Below, piece after piece: positions 36,730-48,075 of a stretch of DNA of 64,000 nucleotides; position 1 is the first letter of the stretch; every line of letters starts with the position of its first letter. Location: the IMG/VR virus record IMGVR_UViG_3300035698_030063. The stretch is one strand, 5' to 3'. The notes below the pieces were generated by a model that saw only the letters and a program-made list of their open reading frames with translations, had not been told where the DNA came from and searched no databases. The stretch is from an uncultured virus (IMG/VR IMGVR_UViG_3300035698_030063) (taxonomy: Duplodnaviria > Heunggongvirae > Uroviricota > Caudoviricetes). Both the position numbers and the translations under genes were made by a program.

Positions 36730-39700
36730 TATAAAATTATATCCTCCATATGGCACAATAGATCAATCCTCTTCCGTTAAATTCGAGATATCCGACATTG
36801 ATATCGATGATATCGATGATATTAGGTTAGAGATAGAGAATATTACAGATGGCGTTAAGGTTGATATTAAACATTTTGAAAAAATAGAAAATGGGTACGG
36901 AGGAGTTATGGATTTAAATATTCCTGAACATTCTTCTCAATCCTCAATTTCTATATTTACTACTATATATGAGTTGGAGACAGATGGTTCTTATAAAATG
37001 TTGCAGATTTGTCCGTCTATTTTTGATATAAAAGAAGAATTTGATGAAGTCGATGGTAATATTATCGTTTCTCCTTCATTTATTAGTCAAAAAGATATAT
37101 GTTCTATCAAAATTAAGGGAGAGCCACTTTCTTCTGCTTCTTTTTCAGTTAATGATAAAATATTAAGAATAATGATAAATGAGATAGGTTATGGATCTAT
37201 CCATTTTAGAGGAAGCGAAGTTGTCGGAAGTAAAGAGTTAGAATCTCTTAATAGAATTCCTGTTTATATCTATGAAGGTGAGAATAAAACAAAAAAAGTT
37301 TTTAGTGGTTCGTATGTTAATATTCTTCCTTCAAATATCGCCATACATGCTGATTTAGATCCAAGATGTGATCCTAATAGTGATCATTATTTTGTTCCAG
37401 GATCATGGACATTACCAGAAGAATGCGACTCTGATGTTTGTGACCCAGATAAGGAAGTTTGTCCTTGTGACCCAGATAAGGAAGTTTGTGAATGTAATCC
37501 TCTTCTAGAAGTTTGTGAGCAATGCGATCCTGATGATCCTGATAAAAAATGTTCTTCACCTCTGCCACCACCTTCTCCTCCAAGTACTCTTCCTAAGCGT
37601 GATTGCGAATATGGAAATGTTGGATTAAGGTCATCGTCTTTTTGTAGAATACATAATAATTCTGTTATTTTATTAAATAATGGTTTGGTTATGTATGCTT
37701 ATACATCTCCAGATCCAGCTTATGAATCTGATATTACTGCTGATCAATATAATATCAATAGAGTGTTTTTAGCGACACAGTATACAAGTCCAAGTTTTGA
37801 TATTATAGCACATAGAGATGTTGTTATTGAATCTAAATCTGCTGTAGAAAATTTTAGAATTCATGTAGAGGAAGATTTATGGGGCACTATTAATGCTATA
37901 GATGATTTGTCTGAGAGTCTTATTTATATATCTTTTTACAGTCCTGCCTTGGGTTATCAGAATACATTAATAATTGATACCGAGATAGATGAATATACAG
38001 GTGATTTTATTATAATAGCATTGGCAGGTGTAACTAATGTTGAGTTAATAAATTGGGTATTTTGTGTTAATGTTGTTATTTATGATGCATCTGTATCTCC
38101 AGAAAATAATTTTTATATGGCTGGAAATGTAGAATCTTTTATGACTGTTCCTTTTGTTAGGAATGAGTTTGAGAGTGGAGCATATGTTCAACCAGTTAAT
38201 GTCTCTATTGCAACGAATTATCAATATGTTGGTGTTGATAGAGAAACATATGTTTATATTATTGTAGAAGCAGTTACCGAAAATAATTTAAGTCAATTAT
38301 ACTACAATAGTATGTCATTTGGTAAAGATAATACTTTTGAACAAAAAACTTATGGGTGGGTTAGATTAACTGATGAAACTCAAGGAAATAATAGGAATCC
38401 TATTGCTAAGATGGATTCTTATAATAATCTTCATGTTATTTTTGAAAGTGATCGTGGGGGTATTAATCAACTATATTACGGAAATATAGGGGTAGATAAT
38501 ACGTTGTCAGCAGCATCTACTTTCTCTTCTTCTATAGATAAATATTCAGAGTTTTTATCTAAAGGAAAATTACCTTTTGATTATTTTAATTCCTTACTGT
38601 TAAAAGTTCCTACACCTGTTTTATCTCCGAATCCTTCAAATAATTTAGAAGAAGTTTTTTCTATTCCTGAGTTTGATACTGAAAATGTTTTGTCAGAGAA
38701 ATGGAATACTATTCAAAGCGGTGGGGGAAGTGTTTCACTAGTTGATACTGCTAGTTATCTAGATGATATTCTTATTACGGCAAATCCTTTATCAGAAGAG
38801 GCCATGGCTATAACTTCTTTAAAGATATTGGAAGATGGAGATCTAGTGGGATCTGATCCTAGCCAGGACATTTTAAGTTTGCTTCAATATAATTATCAAA
38901 TATCATTTGATCTAGAATCTAACATAACTCAGGATAATAATTTGACATCAGCGGTCACTGTGACAGGTATTGAAATGAATCAGTTATTTGATCAATGGAA
39001 GTCAGAATTTGTAATTTCTATTGAAAGTAGTGTTACTAATCAACCTGTTTACAATGGTTTTGATAATAATAAATATATCATAGGTAGATTTGATAATGTC
39101 TATGATAGAATAGTGCCGTTGGTTGGTGCTTATAGATATGACAATCCTACTAATCCATCTTTTATAAGTTCTCAAATAAAAATTTTGAAAAATGATAATA
39201 ACTTAAAAGATTTTACTTTTGGGATAATGTTTGAGAAGACATATATGAAAGCAACAAATATACAAACTTCTTCAGATTATGTTGCAGATGGTAATCAAAT
39301 ATTAACATATGTTCCAGAAATTAGAGAAATTGTTTATACGGGTAAGGCAAAGCTAGTAGCATTTATTAAAACTAATGATAATAGCGATACTAGAGCGGAT
39401 TACATTATAGTTAGAGAATTCCCAGAAGAGTTAGATATCAGCGAAAGCGCTACTTATGATATTCTTGTTAATTATACAAGGATAAGTTCAGAACAGGTGG
39501 AAAATATTTTAAACACTCATAAGGAATCTTATTTTAATCAGTTTATTGGGTGTTTAACTTTAATAATAGATGGAGTTCCAAAATTTTCACAATCATTTGT
39601 TTCAGAGATAGATACTGATGATTATAATTATTTTGATATAGGCTTTGGAGTTCCTAATGGAGGTTATTATGTATCCGATAAAATGGCTCCTAGTAAATTA

Positions 39701-40915
39701 GGTATATATGATAGCGTATCTACTACTCTTGACATAAGTAATATAACAATATCATCTCCTACTTATACTTATAACGATGCTGTTGTTAGTATGCCTCCTA
39801 CGATCAGGGATATAACTAATTTTAAAGTATTTGATGAGTTTATTCGTAAGCCTAGTAATACTTTTACTTATATTAAATCAGATTGGGATGATGAGTTAAT
39901 TTCTTTAAACTTTTTCAGTAAGGACGAAATAAAATACTATTTTGAGCATATAGAGAGTAGTTCTCAAGATTTTGAAGAATTGTTTGATGTTGAAAATGTT
40001 GAAAAGGTAAGTATAGAGTTTGTTACTTATGGTAGGGCTGATAGGATAATCGTAACAACTGCATATGGAATTGTGTTATATGATACAGGTTTTATTATAT
40101 CAAGTGTTGATGTTCCTTTTAAATTTGATGTAGACGTTACTTTAGTTAAGAGTATTTATATTAATGTTGAAGCAGGGGATATTCCTAATACTTCTTATAG
40201 ATTTATTGCTTATTTTAAGAAGGTTTATAATGATAATGGGTTTATTCAAGTGCCTATAACATATGAAGGTATAAATCAAACAGCAGCTTTAGATATAGGT
40301 CTTTGTGATGATATTCATATAGCATGGCAATCTAATAAGAGTAAATATTGGGATATATATTATTCTAATTCGGTTGATGAATTATCTCCTTTTAGATATA
40401 AAACACAAATTACTAATACAGAAAGCAATAGTATAAAACCTTCTATTTCTGCGAATAGAACAGGCAAAAGAATGATAACATGGAATGATAATAGAGATGG
40501 TAATTTTACGATTTATATGGCTCGTTCTGTAGAGGGTTATGATTGCGATCAGAAGTCATGCGAGACTAAGATGTTAAAGAAACATGAGGATAATATAGAA
40601 CAATGCAGCATAGCTTTTTCTCTTGAGGTCTCTGAAAATGGAATTTATAATTTAGTTTTGTATATGTATAAAGATATTAATATGAGTAGTTTGTATAAAA
40701 CTATTATTTTAGAAAATAATGAGTCAAAATGGTTTATTAATGGAGTATCTACAGAAAATCTTATCATTAATGACGATGATGGTAATTTTTTAGGGGTCTC
40801 ATTACTAACTGGTACAGAATATATTGTAAGTTATACACCAGATAAGGATGATGGTATTTTTGATATTATTCTTTATACTAATATGAATGCTGTTTTAGTT
40901 GAGGAGGAAGTGTAA
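36722..40915 (+). CDS. Large acidic virion protein with Cys/Pro-rich insert and propeller-like repeats
   Basis: 1397 aa; LHVIFESDR / IHIAWQSNK / MITWNDNRDG repeats; CDPDKEVC repeats. Confidence 0.6.
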   Translation: MVNIKLYPPYGTIDQSSSVKFEISDIDIDDIDDIRLEIENITDGVKVDIKHFEKIENGYGGVMDLNIPEHSSQSSISIFTTIYELETDGSYKMLQICPSIFDIKEEFDEVDGNIIVSPSFISQKDICSIKIKGEPLSSASFSVNDKILRIMINEIGYGSIHFRGSEVVGSKELESLNRIPVYIYEGENKTKKVFSGSYVNILPSNIAIHADLDPRCDPNSDHYFVPGSWTLPEECDSDVCDPDKEVCPCDPDKEVCECNPLLEVCEQCDPDDPDKKCSSPLPPPSPPSTLPKRDCEYGNVGLRSSSFCRIHNNSVILLNNGLVMYAYTSPDPAYESDITADQYNINRVFLATQYTSPSFDIIAHRDVVIESKSAVENFRIHVEEDLWGTINAIDDLSESLIYISFYSPALGYQNTLIIDTEIDEYTGDFIIIALAGVTNVELINWVFCVNVVIYDASVSPENNFYMAGNVESFMTVPFVRNEFESGAYVQPVNVSIATNYQYVGVDRETYVYIIVEAVTENNLSQLYYNSMSFGKDNTFEQKTYGWVRLTDETQGNNRNPIAKMDSYNNLHVIFESDRGGINQLYYGNIGVDNTLSAASTFSSSIDKYSEFLSKGKLPFDYFNSLLLKVPTPVLSPNPSNNLEEVFSIPEFDTENVLSEKWNTIQSGGGSVSLVDTASYLDDILITANPLSEEAMAITSLKILEDGDLVGSDPSQDILSLLQYNYQISFDLESNITQDNNLTSAVTVTGIEMNQLFDQWKSEFVISIESSVTNQPVYNGFDNNKYIIGRFDNVYDRIVPLVGAYRYDNPTNPSFISSQIKILKNDNNLKDFTFGIMFEKTYMKATNIQTSSDYVADGNQILTYVPEIREIVYTGKAKLVAFIKTNDNSDTRADYIIVREFPEELDISESATYDILVNYTRISSEQVENILNTHKESYFNQFIGCLTLIIDGVPKFSQSFVSEIDTDDYNYFDIGFGVPNGGYYVSDKMAPSKLGIYDSVSTTLDISNITISSPTYTYNDAVVSMPPTIRDITNFKVFDEFIRKPSNTFTYIKSDWDDELISLNFFSKDEIKYYFEHIESSSQDFEELFDVENVEKVSIEFVTYGRADRIIVTTAYGIVLYDTGFIISSVDVPFKFDVDVTLVKSIYINVEAGDIPNTSYRFIAYFKKVYNDNGFIQVPITYEGINQTAALDIGLCDDIHIAWQSNKSKYWDIYYSNSVDELSPFRYKTQITNTESNSIKPSISANRTGKRMITWNDNRDGNFTIYMARSVEGYDCDQKSCETKMLKKHEDNIEQCSIAFSLEVSENGIYNLVLYMYKDINMSSLYKTIILENNESKWFINGVSTENLIINDDDGNFLGVSLLTGTEYIVSYTPDKDDGIFDIILYTNMNAVLVEEEV
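37439..37492 (+). repeat. 27-bp in-frame tandem repeat (CDPDKEVC[P/E])
   Basis: TGTGACCCAGATAAGGAAGTTTGTCCT TGTGACCCAGATAAGGAAGTTTGTGAA. Confidence 0.85.
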
Positions 40916-40916
40916 A

Positions 40917-43766
40917 ATGGTAGGCGAAATAGGAGTTGAACCTATTGTTCCAAGTGTTTGTTTAACAGTATCTTCAGATTCACCAGGTGGCTCTTGGACA
41001 GGTCACACATCATGTTCAGGAATTACCCATACTTATCCTGCTGCCCCTACATGTAGCGGAGAACAAACTATTGGTGATACAATTAGCATTACAGCTACTC
41101 CTGATACTAATTTTTTTGTCTCTAATTGGGATGTCATCGCGACAGGGGATTCAGGTTTTAGTGTTTCTGATTTAAATTTATCTGGTAGCATTCATACGTC
41201 CCAGTCAACAAACTTTATTTATGACGGAGCACTTGGAGATGTTACGATAGTAATATCGTTTCTTCCTATAACGTGTCAGTTAACTCTTGCTATAGGTAGT
41301 GGAGAGGGATCACTTAGACTTAATTTTCCATCAGGAAAAACACCAGATATTAATAGCGGCAGTACTACAGTTGGTATTGATGCTTCTGCTGGAGATACTA
41401 CTGATATTCGATGCGCTGCTACTCCTGCCTTTGGGTATACTATTAGTGGATGGGAGCTTGATGGCGTCACTCATCCTACTTCAGATTTGCAAAAGCAAAC
41501 TCCTAATGCATTTACTACTGTTGGTTTTAGTTCAAGAAGAATAGAGGTTTTCTTTGTCCCCTCAGTTGATTGCACAAAAGATAAACAACTTACAGTAACT
41601 ACTCATGGACAGGGAACAATAAGTCATCTTAACGGTTTGTATTGCGATTCCGATGTTCTAAATTTAGCTCCTTCTCCTGCTAGTGGGTGGGCTTTTAGTA
41701 GATGGATTTATGATGAGAATTCTGACATTGATTTGCTTGTAGGAAGTATTCTTAGAGTTCCTATGGCTATTGACAGGATAAGTATAACAGCTATTTTTAT
41801 AGAAGGAACTCCCGTAGAAGTAGCAAGTAATTTATTTTACTGCCCTTCTGATAGTTATAAGAATAATATTGTTGTTTTTGATTTTTTAAATACTAATGAA
41901 GATCCATCAATAGATAATAATTATCATTTTAGAGTTAACTTTTATAATGATGTTAATAAAAGTAAATTGGTTTATTCTGCTTTTTCTTTAGCAGATAATA
42001 AAAGATGGTTTTTGGATGATAATTCTTTTACTCAATTATCAACTGATGGTTTAAATGTTGGTCAAAATGGATCGGTTAGTATCATTTACGATCCAGAAGT
42101 TTTACCTCAACAAATTTCAGAGACTCAAAAACCGCATCTCATTAATGATAAGACTGTTATATATGAAAAGCCATTAATATGTGGAGTTAAATATTATGTA
42201 GAAATTCAATCTTATGAGATGTCTAGCAATAGTATCGCTGACATAAAGACTATTTCTCTTACATTGGCTTGCAATAGGGTTGACTCTTATTATTGGAATT
42301 ATAATAAAGATAAAAATAATTGGCTATGTAGCGGTCAGGGTAAAACAGATTTAAAAGTATGCAGCGGTTTTGGTCAAGCTATTAATTCTTCTATTGCATC
42401 TAATTTAATAGGAAATTTTCAAATAGTATGGCAAGGTCGAAGAACTTCTCAGGATGCAAATGGAATAATAAGTAGAATTGATAATATTTATAGTGCCATA
42501 TGGGAATCTAGTAAGGATAAATTACATTCATCTGGTCAAGGTTTATATGATACTTTAGAAATGGATGAAGGGAATCACCCAGTTGTTATTACTGATCCAG
42601 CTCTTAATTTCTACATTACTGGGACAACAAAAGATAACATAAAATATAAAGAGTGTACCGTATCTCCTGGTGATGAAGCCCCAGATGGTGGAGGCACGTC
42701 TAATGATACTACTTTTGAAGCATTTTGTTATCCTGGAGAGACAACTTTGCTTAGTAACGTTTATGATGAAATTAAAATGAGGATATATAAAGAAGATACA
42801 TCGGGATCTTTGGTAATCAATGATGAGAAAGTTGTTTCTGTGATAAATAAAAAATCTATCAGATTAGATGTTGATGGTATCGTTGGTGCATATGCGGTCA
42901 GAGTTAGAAATATGGAAGATCCTGAGTGGAGTGAGTGGATTAATATAGATAACAAATTGTTAGATGGTGGCACAGGTGATGATGAGAGTAATGACGCTTA
43001 TAGAATAGATAATAATAGATTTTTAGTTCAATGGAATATAAAAAATCTAAATGGACTAAGAAGAATATGTTGTCAAGTTTTAACTATGTATGGAATTAGT
43101 AATACTTTTTGTATCGAAGTTTTATCTAATTTTGAAGTACCTCAGCATGTGTTTAAATTTTATGTAAGAAATAATGATACTAGAGTTGAAGGCGTTTATG
43201 ATTCTAACGACCCTGCTAATAGTGGAGATGAGTTTCCCACATATAAAGGTCAATATGTTCTATCACTAGAAAATGGTATCACGGACGGCCCCGAAGGAGG
43301 CAAGATAGTTTATTTCGATGCGATGTTTAGTGATTTAGTTTATAAAGATGAAATAAATAAAATTCCTTATAGTATTGGAGATGTTACATTTAATCTTATT
43401 CAGCAGGGAATAAATGATAAAAGAAAACAAAGTTTTACAGCCATAACAGATATTAAATTTTCAGGAGAATTTGAAATATTAAATAGCGATGGAATATTTA
43501 ATAAAGATGGAACAGCGTTTATAGAAATAGTATTCCTAGGAGAACTTGTGGGTGAATCTTGTGGCTCTGATGAGAGAGATAAATATAACTTTATTAATGC
43601 TGATGTGCAAGAGATAGCTAATATTGATTTGCTTCCAGAAGAAGTTTATCAAAAATATCAAAGAGATAGATTGTCTAAGGGAATTGATCTTAATGAGTTT
43701 AAACAAAATTATGATAAAGATGATGTCAATTTTAAATTTGGAGATCCAGGATATTATAGGAAATAA
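40917..43766 (+). CDS. Virion protein with InlB B-repeat/Ig-like N-terminal domains
   Basis: Three ITATPD...W / ATPAFGYTISGW / PSPASGWAFSRW repeats; GAGGAGG SD supports ATG 40917. Confidence 0.6.
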   Translation: MVGEIGVEPIVPSVCLTVSSDSPGGSWTGHTSCSGITHTYPAAPTCSGEQTIGDTISITATPDTNFFVSNWDVIATGDSGFSVSDLNLSGSIHTSQSTNFIYDGALGDVTIVISFLPITCQLTLAIGSGEGSLRLNFPSGKTPDINSGSTTVGIDASAGDTTDIRCAATPAFGYTISGWELDGVTHPTSDLQKQTPNAFTTVGFSSRRIEVFFVPSVDCTKDKQLTVTTHGQGTISHLNGLYCDSDVLNLAPSPASGWAFSRWIYDENSDIDLLVGSILRVPMAIDRISITAIFIEGTPVEVASNLFYCPSDSYKNNIVVFDFLNTNEDPSIDNNYHFRVNFYNDVNKSKLVYSAFSLADNKRWFLDDNSFTQLSTDGLNVGQNGSVSIIYDPEVLPQQISETQKPHLINDKTVIYEKPLICGVKYYVEIQSYEMSSNSIADIKTISLTLACNRVDSYYWNYNKDKNNWLCSGQGKTDLKVCSGFGQAINSSIASNLIGNFQIVWQGRRTSQDANGIISRIDNIYSAIWESSKDKLHSSGQGLYDTLEMDEGNHPVVITDPALNFYITGTTKDNIKYKECTVSPGDEAPDGGGTSNDTTFEAFCYPGETTLLSNVYDEIKMRIYKEDTSGSLVINDEKVVSVINKKSIRLDVDGIVGAYAVRVRNMEDPEWSEWINIDNKLLDGGTGDDESNDAYRIDNNRFLVQWNIKNLNGLRRICCQVLTMYGISNTFCIEVLSNFEVPQHVFKFYVRNNDTRVEGVYDSNDPANSGDEFPTYKGQYVLSLENGITDGPEGGKIVYFDAMFSDLVYKDEINKIPYSIGDVTFNLIQQGINDKRKQSFTAITDIKFSGEFEILNSDGIFNKDGTAFIEIVFLGELVGESCGSDERDKYNFINADVQEIANIDLLPEEVYQKYQRDRLSKGIDLNEFKQNYDKDDVNFKFGDPGYYRK

Positions 43767-43768
43767 TT

Positions 43769-46060
43769 ATGGCTATAGATTTAACATCAAATATAATTAG
43801 TTGGTGGAGGCTAGATGAAACTTCGGGAGTCGATGTTGTTGATACTCAAGATAATCATAATGGGACTACTGCTGATAATATTTCTACGATAACTAGCATA
43901 GATGCTCCTGATGGAAGAAGTAGTAGTTTTGATATTAATGGTGATGATGATAAAAATGTTACAATTCTTGATTCTAACGATTTTACTTTTGTCGATGAAG
44001 ATGGAGATCTTCCTTTTTCTTTATCTACATGGTTTAAAATGGTAGGGCCTGGAACTAATTTTCTAATATCTAAATATGATGCTGGATTATCGCAAAGAGA
44101 GTATTATTTTTATACAACTTCTACTGCTTTAGCTCTTTATATGCAGGATGAATCAAGTAATGGCTATCTGGTTAGTTTTCATGCTCTCCCATTGTCGTTA
44201 ATAGATGGCAAATGGCATCATGCTGTTGCCACTTATAGCGGTCTTGGTGGGGCTCTTGCTCATACGGGCATTCGTTGCTATTTAGACGGAGTGGAATTAA
44301 CTACTACGACTTCGTTTAATGCTAATAATTATAATAAGATGGTTAATACAAGCTCTTCCTTAACCTTAGGAGGATCGGATGATGCTTTTGGTAATTTTAA
44401 AGGTCTTTTATCAGATGCAATGGTATTTGATAGAGTGCTTACTGATGGAGAAGTAAAATATTTTTATAATGACGGTTTTGGAGTAGAGTCAGGCGCATTA
44501 GCAATTATTGATCCTATTAGTTCTCCAACTCTTACTTTTCCTAATGGGGGAGAGACTTTTACGGAAGGAGATATAAATATACAATGGGCAGAGCCAGGGG
44601 ATTTGCTATCAACTGAATTAATTTGGTATGAGATATTTATTACAGATGATTTTAATAAAACTAAAAAAGAAGAGTTAATTCAAATAGCTACTATTCCTTC
44701 TGGTAATACCTCTTATAATTATACTATACAAAAAAATCTTAGAGGGGAAAAATGTAGAGTAGGAATAAGATCAGTAAATCATAGAGGGTTGAGAAGTAAT
44801 GTATCATTTTCTGCTGATGATTTTATTATTGATAATGAGGTATTACCATCTCCATCTCTATTAGAGCCAGTAATTGGAGGTACTTATTTTTCTTATATTC
44901 TTTTTGTATTTGATCATCAGGGGGTATCAGGAAGAAGTTCTCAAAGATCTTTTTATCAGATATATTATAAATCAGATAATCAAGATATAGACTGGACTTT
45001 ATTGCAAGGCAATATTATGGTTGGTGCTGATCCTATGAATATAGATGTTAGTAATTTTAATACAGATTCTGATTATGTTTTTAAAATAGAATTAGTTGAT
45101 GATAATAATGTATCTGCTCCTGTCTTTATCGATAATATAAATATTAATAATATTAATGTTTTTCTTATTGATACAGAGTCTCCTACAGGATCTATAAAAA
45201 TTGTTGATGATAATGAATATACTAAAAATACTGGATTGATTCTTCAAATTTCTTCTAGTGATGAAGTGAGTACTACAAAAGATATACAGATTCAACAAAC
45301 TAATGTAGAAACAGGTAATGTAACCGAAGGATCATTCATTCCTTTAACTTCATTAATAACGTGGGATATTAAAGAGGAAGTTGAAGGAGAAGGAGTTGTT
45401 GATGGTGTTAAATTAATACAAGCTAGATTTAGAGATCATGGAGATAACACATTACAAACTACAACTCAGAAAAATTTTAGAATCTATAAGAATTTAGACA
45501 ATAGGGAAGTAACAACATTTTTATATGGTAGTAAGGGATCGGAATCTAATTTATATTATGCTTTTGCTTCTGATGAGTCAAGTAGTATATTAGCAGAATT
45601 ATACAAAGATTTGATATTTATATCTACATTAACTGGAGATTGTACTTCTTTAGAGATTTATAACAATGTGTTGTATATAGGTATAAAAGACGATGAAAAT
45701 AAAGGGATATTACAAAGGTTGACGACAACTGTTGAAACTGTTGCTGATAATAATCAGGAGTTTACAGATGTTGCTGAAACTGTTGTTAATTCTTTATATT
45801 CTGCCGATTCTGTTATTAATGTCATGGAGGTTTTTGATAATACTTTATTTTTAGGATTGGATAACGGAGAATTATTGAGTTTCAAAGGTTCTGCTATTAG
45901 ATCAGAAAATAGTGATTTTCTTAATTTGAAAAGTATTAGAAATGTAAAAACTGATGGAATTATGTTGTATATATTTTTCTACAATACTACGGAAATATTG
46001 ATTATGAGAAAAGATGCTGGTGGAAATTATGTTTTTAGTACAGTGGATACGGAGGGTTAA
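43769..46060 (+). CDS. Virion protein: LamG/concanavalin-like domain plus FN3/Ig-like domains
   Basis: SWWRLDE...FSLSTWFK...DGKWHHAVATY...LSDAMVFDRVLTDGEV; PTLTFPNGGE; IDTESPTGSI. Confidence 0.75.
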   Translation: MAIDLTSNIISWWRLDETSGVDVVDTQDNHNGTTADNISTITSIDAPDGRSSSFDINGDDDKNVTILDSNDFTFVDEDGDLPFSLSTWFKMVGPGTNFLISKYDAGLSQREYYFYTTSTALALYMQDESSNGYLVSFHALPLSLIDGKWHHAVATYSGLGGALAHTGIRCYLDGVELTTTTSFNANNYNKMVNTSSSLTLGGSDDAFGNFKGLLSDAMVFDRVLTDGEVKYFYNDGFGVESGALAIIDPISSPTLTFPNGGETFTEGDINIQWAEPGDLLSTELIWYEIFITDDFNKTKKEELIQIATIPSGNTSYNYTIQKNLRGEKCRVGIRSVNHRGLRSNVSFSADDFIIDNEVLPSPSLLEPVIGGTYFSYILFVFDHQGVSGRSSQRSFYQIYYKSDNQDIDWTLLQGNIMVGADPMNIDVSNFNTDSDYVFKIELVDDNNVSAPVFIDNININNINVFLIDTESPTGSIKIVDDNEYTKNTGLILQISSSDEVSTTKDIQIQQTNVETGNVTEGSFIPLTSLITWDIKEEVEGEGVVDGVKLIQARFRDHGDNTLQTTTQKNFRIYKNLDNREVTTFLYGSKGSESNLYYAFASDESSSILAELYKDLIFISTLTGDCTSLEIYNNVLYIGIKDDENKGILQRLTTTVETVADNNQEFTDVAETVVNSLYSADSVINVMEVFDNTLFLGLDNGELLSFKGSAIRSENSDFLNLKSIRNVKTDGIMLYIFFYNTTEILIMRKDAGGNYVFSTVDTEG

Positions 46061-46062
46061 TT

Positions 46063-47073
46063 ATGGCTACACTTAAATTTTATTTAACTAGTTTAGAGCC
46101 AGATCTTGATCAGACAAACTATTCTCAATCAATAGGCGGATATGTTGGTAATTCTCTTGTGTACCCAGAAACTACTTTATCATCTTTTATGGGTTTATAC
46201 GATACGAATTTAAGTCTTGTCACTCCCTCATCTGGGAGTTGGTTAGAATGGCAGGGAATAGAGTATATTAATGTAGGCAATGAACTTATGAAAGTTCCAT
46301 CTTTTGTGAATGGTTCTATTGTTGTCTCTCAAAGAGCTTACAATAATATTTATAATGTTCATTTAGCAGGCGATATTGCAAGAGCAGCGGCAGCTAAAGA
46401 ATTATTTAATGATGTATTTAACGATAGTTACAAACAGTATAGATGTATAGCTATTAAAAATGTTTCTACGAATTCAACGGATCCATCTAATGAACAGGTG
46501 GTATATGATTTAGAAATATATATAAAACAAAATAGTAGGAATACTAATTCTAATATAAGAATAGCGTTGGAACAACCTTCAAGTGAGTATATATCTGGTG
46601 TATCTACAAGTTGGAGCACTATGACTTTAATAGACATTTCTTTGATAGATGTATATGAAGATGATTATTTTAAAGAATCTTTTCTAAAAATAACAAATGG
46701 TGCTGCATCTGGTCAGGGTAAAGTTATTAGTAGTTTTGATAGAGCTACGGGAACTTTTACATTTTATAATTCTTTTTCATCTGCATTAGATTTTGCTATT
46801 ACCCCTACATATGAAGTTCTTCCTTCACCTGCTCAAAGAGTTAAGACAGGAACTGTTTCTCCTAGTGTTGAAAGTTCTGATGTCACTCAATTCTTTCACC
46901 CAGACGAATTTACACCTTTAACGTTTTTTGAGCAAGCAAGTGTTTTTAATATTAGCAATCTATCTCCAAATGATGTTATGTATATTTGGATAGAGAGGAC
47001 TGTAGAAAAAGGAAACGAAGAATTTTTAAATAATGATTTTGTTTTAAATCTTAGATATAAGGTAAGCGAATAA
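46063..47073 (+). CDS. Putative virion protein
   Basis: SIGGY...LFNDV....QYRCIAIKN...L.PND...IWIERTV; GGAGG SD. Confidence 0.55.
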   Translation: MATLKFYLTSLEPDLDQTNYSQSIGGYVGNSLVYPETTLSSFMGLYDTNLSLVTPSSGSWLEWQGIEYINVGNELMKVPSFVNGSIVVSQRAYNNIYNVHLAGDIARAAAAKELFNDVFNDSYKQYRCIAIKNVSTNSTDPSNEQVVYDLEIYIKQNSRNTNSNIRIALEQPSSEYISGVSTSWSTMTLIDISLIDVYEDDYFKESFLKITNGAASGQGKVISSFDRATGTFTFYNSFSSALDFAITPTYEVLPSPAQRVKTGTVSPSVESSDVTQFFHPDEFTPLTFFEQASVFNISNLSPNDVMYIWIERTVEKGNEEFLNNDFVLNLRYKVSE

Positions 47074-47074
47074 C

Positions 47075-48070
47075 ATGTTTATAAATAGTTTGAAGTTTTT
47101 AGTTAGATTTGGTGGTTCCGCTATATTAGAAGAGGTGAGCCAAACAAATTTAGTTGTGTTGGGTGATGATATAATTGCATCTATTTCTGATAGTGGCTAT
47201 GCAATGCAAGATGATCAATATTTATTTGGAGATGGTCTTTCATCTAATGGTTTTAATACATCTATAACTAAAGAATACACTCTTGGATTCTGGTTATTTC
47301 CTATTAGTCCAGGTTTAGCTATTGATTCAGATACAGGTAATTTATTATCTATAGAAATGCCAGTTATAGTTTTTGTTGATGGGAGTAGTGCTGAGCATTC
47401 TATTATTGATGTTACTGAGTATACTCAAACTTCTGGAAATAACTCTTTAAAAGTTTCAGAAAGAGGTGGTTATTCTGCTTTTTCAGAAGAATATGAACCT
47501 GATAAGTGGCATCATTTTTGGATAACTCGTGATTCTAATGGTTTACAAATATTTGTGGATGCTGTTGAACAGACTTTACAGGATGAAAGTGGGACAATAA
47601 GTGAAAAAGTAACAGAAGGTTTGAATTCGTTTTTATACACATATATTAATCATAGTTTAGATGGATATGGAGAAGCCGTTGCTAAAAATGGGGGAGTTAT
47701 TGATGATATATTTTTGTTGAATATTAAAAATAATTCTCAATCTGATATGCAAAGAGTAATTAATGATGGTGTTCTTTATGTCATAGATGATATTTTTACT
47801 AGTACTAATATTGTGAAATCAGATGTTTTTATGAATGATCCAGAAATGATTACTGTTAATTCTATGATTGATGATTTGAGTTATATTTTTATAGGTAGAA
47901 ATGATGGTAAGATAATGAGAGGATCGCCTTTATTTTGGGAGACAAGAAAATCTTTTTCAGATAAAGAAGAATATAATTCTGGAGGAATATCAGTTTCTCT
48001 TAAGGGTATAGATATTAATGGCAAAGATACTGGTTTTCTTGAATTAAATAAAAATACTATAAGGTTATAA
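47075..48070 (+). CDS. LamG-like domain virion protein
   Basis: YTLGFWLFP...DKWHHFWITRD...IFVDA...IDDIFL. Confidence 0.65.
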   Translation: MFINSLKFLVRFGGSAILEEVSQTNLVVLGDDIIASISDSGYAMQDDQYLFGDGLSSNGFNTSITKEYTLGFWLFPISPGLAIDSDTGNLLSIEMPVIVFVDGSSAEHSIIDVTEYTQTSGNNSLKVSERGGYSAFSEEYEPDKWHHFWITRDSNGLQIFVDAVEQTLQDESGTISEKVTEGLNSFLYTYINHSLDGYGEAVAKNGGVIDDIFLLNIKNNSQSDMQRVINDGVLYVIDDIFTSTNIVKSDVFMNDPEMITVNSMIDDLSYIFIGRNDGKIMRGSPLFWETRKSFSDKEEYNSGGISVSLKGIDINGKDTGFLELNKNTIRL

Positions 48071-48075
48071 TAATA

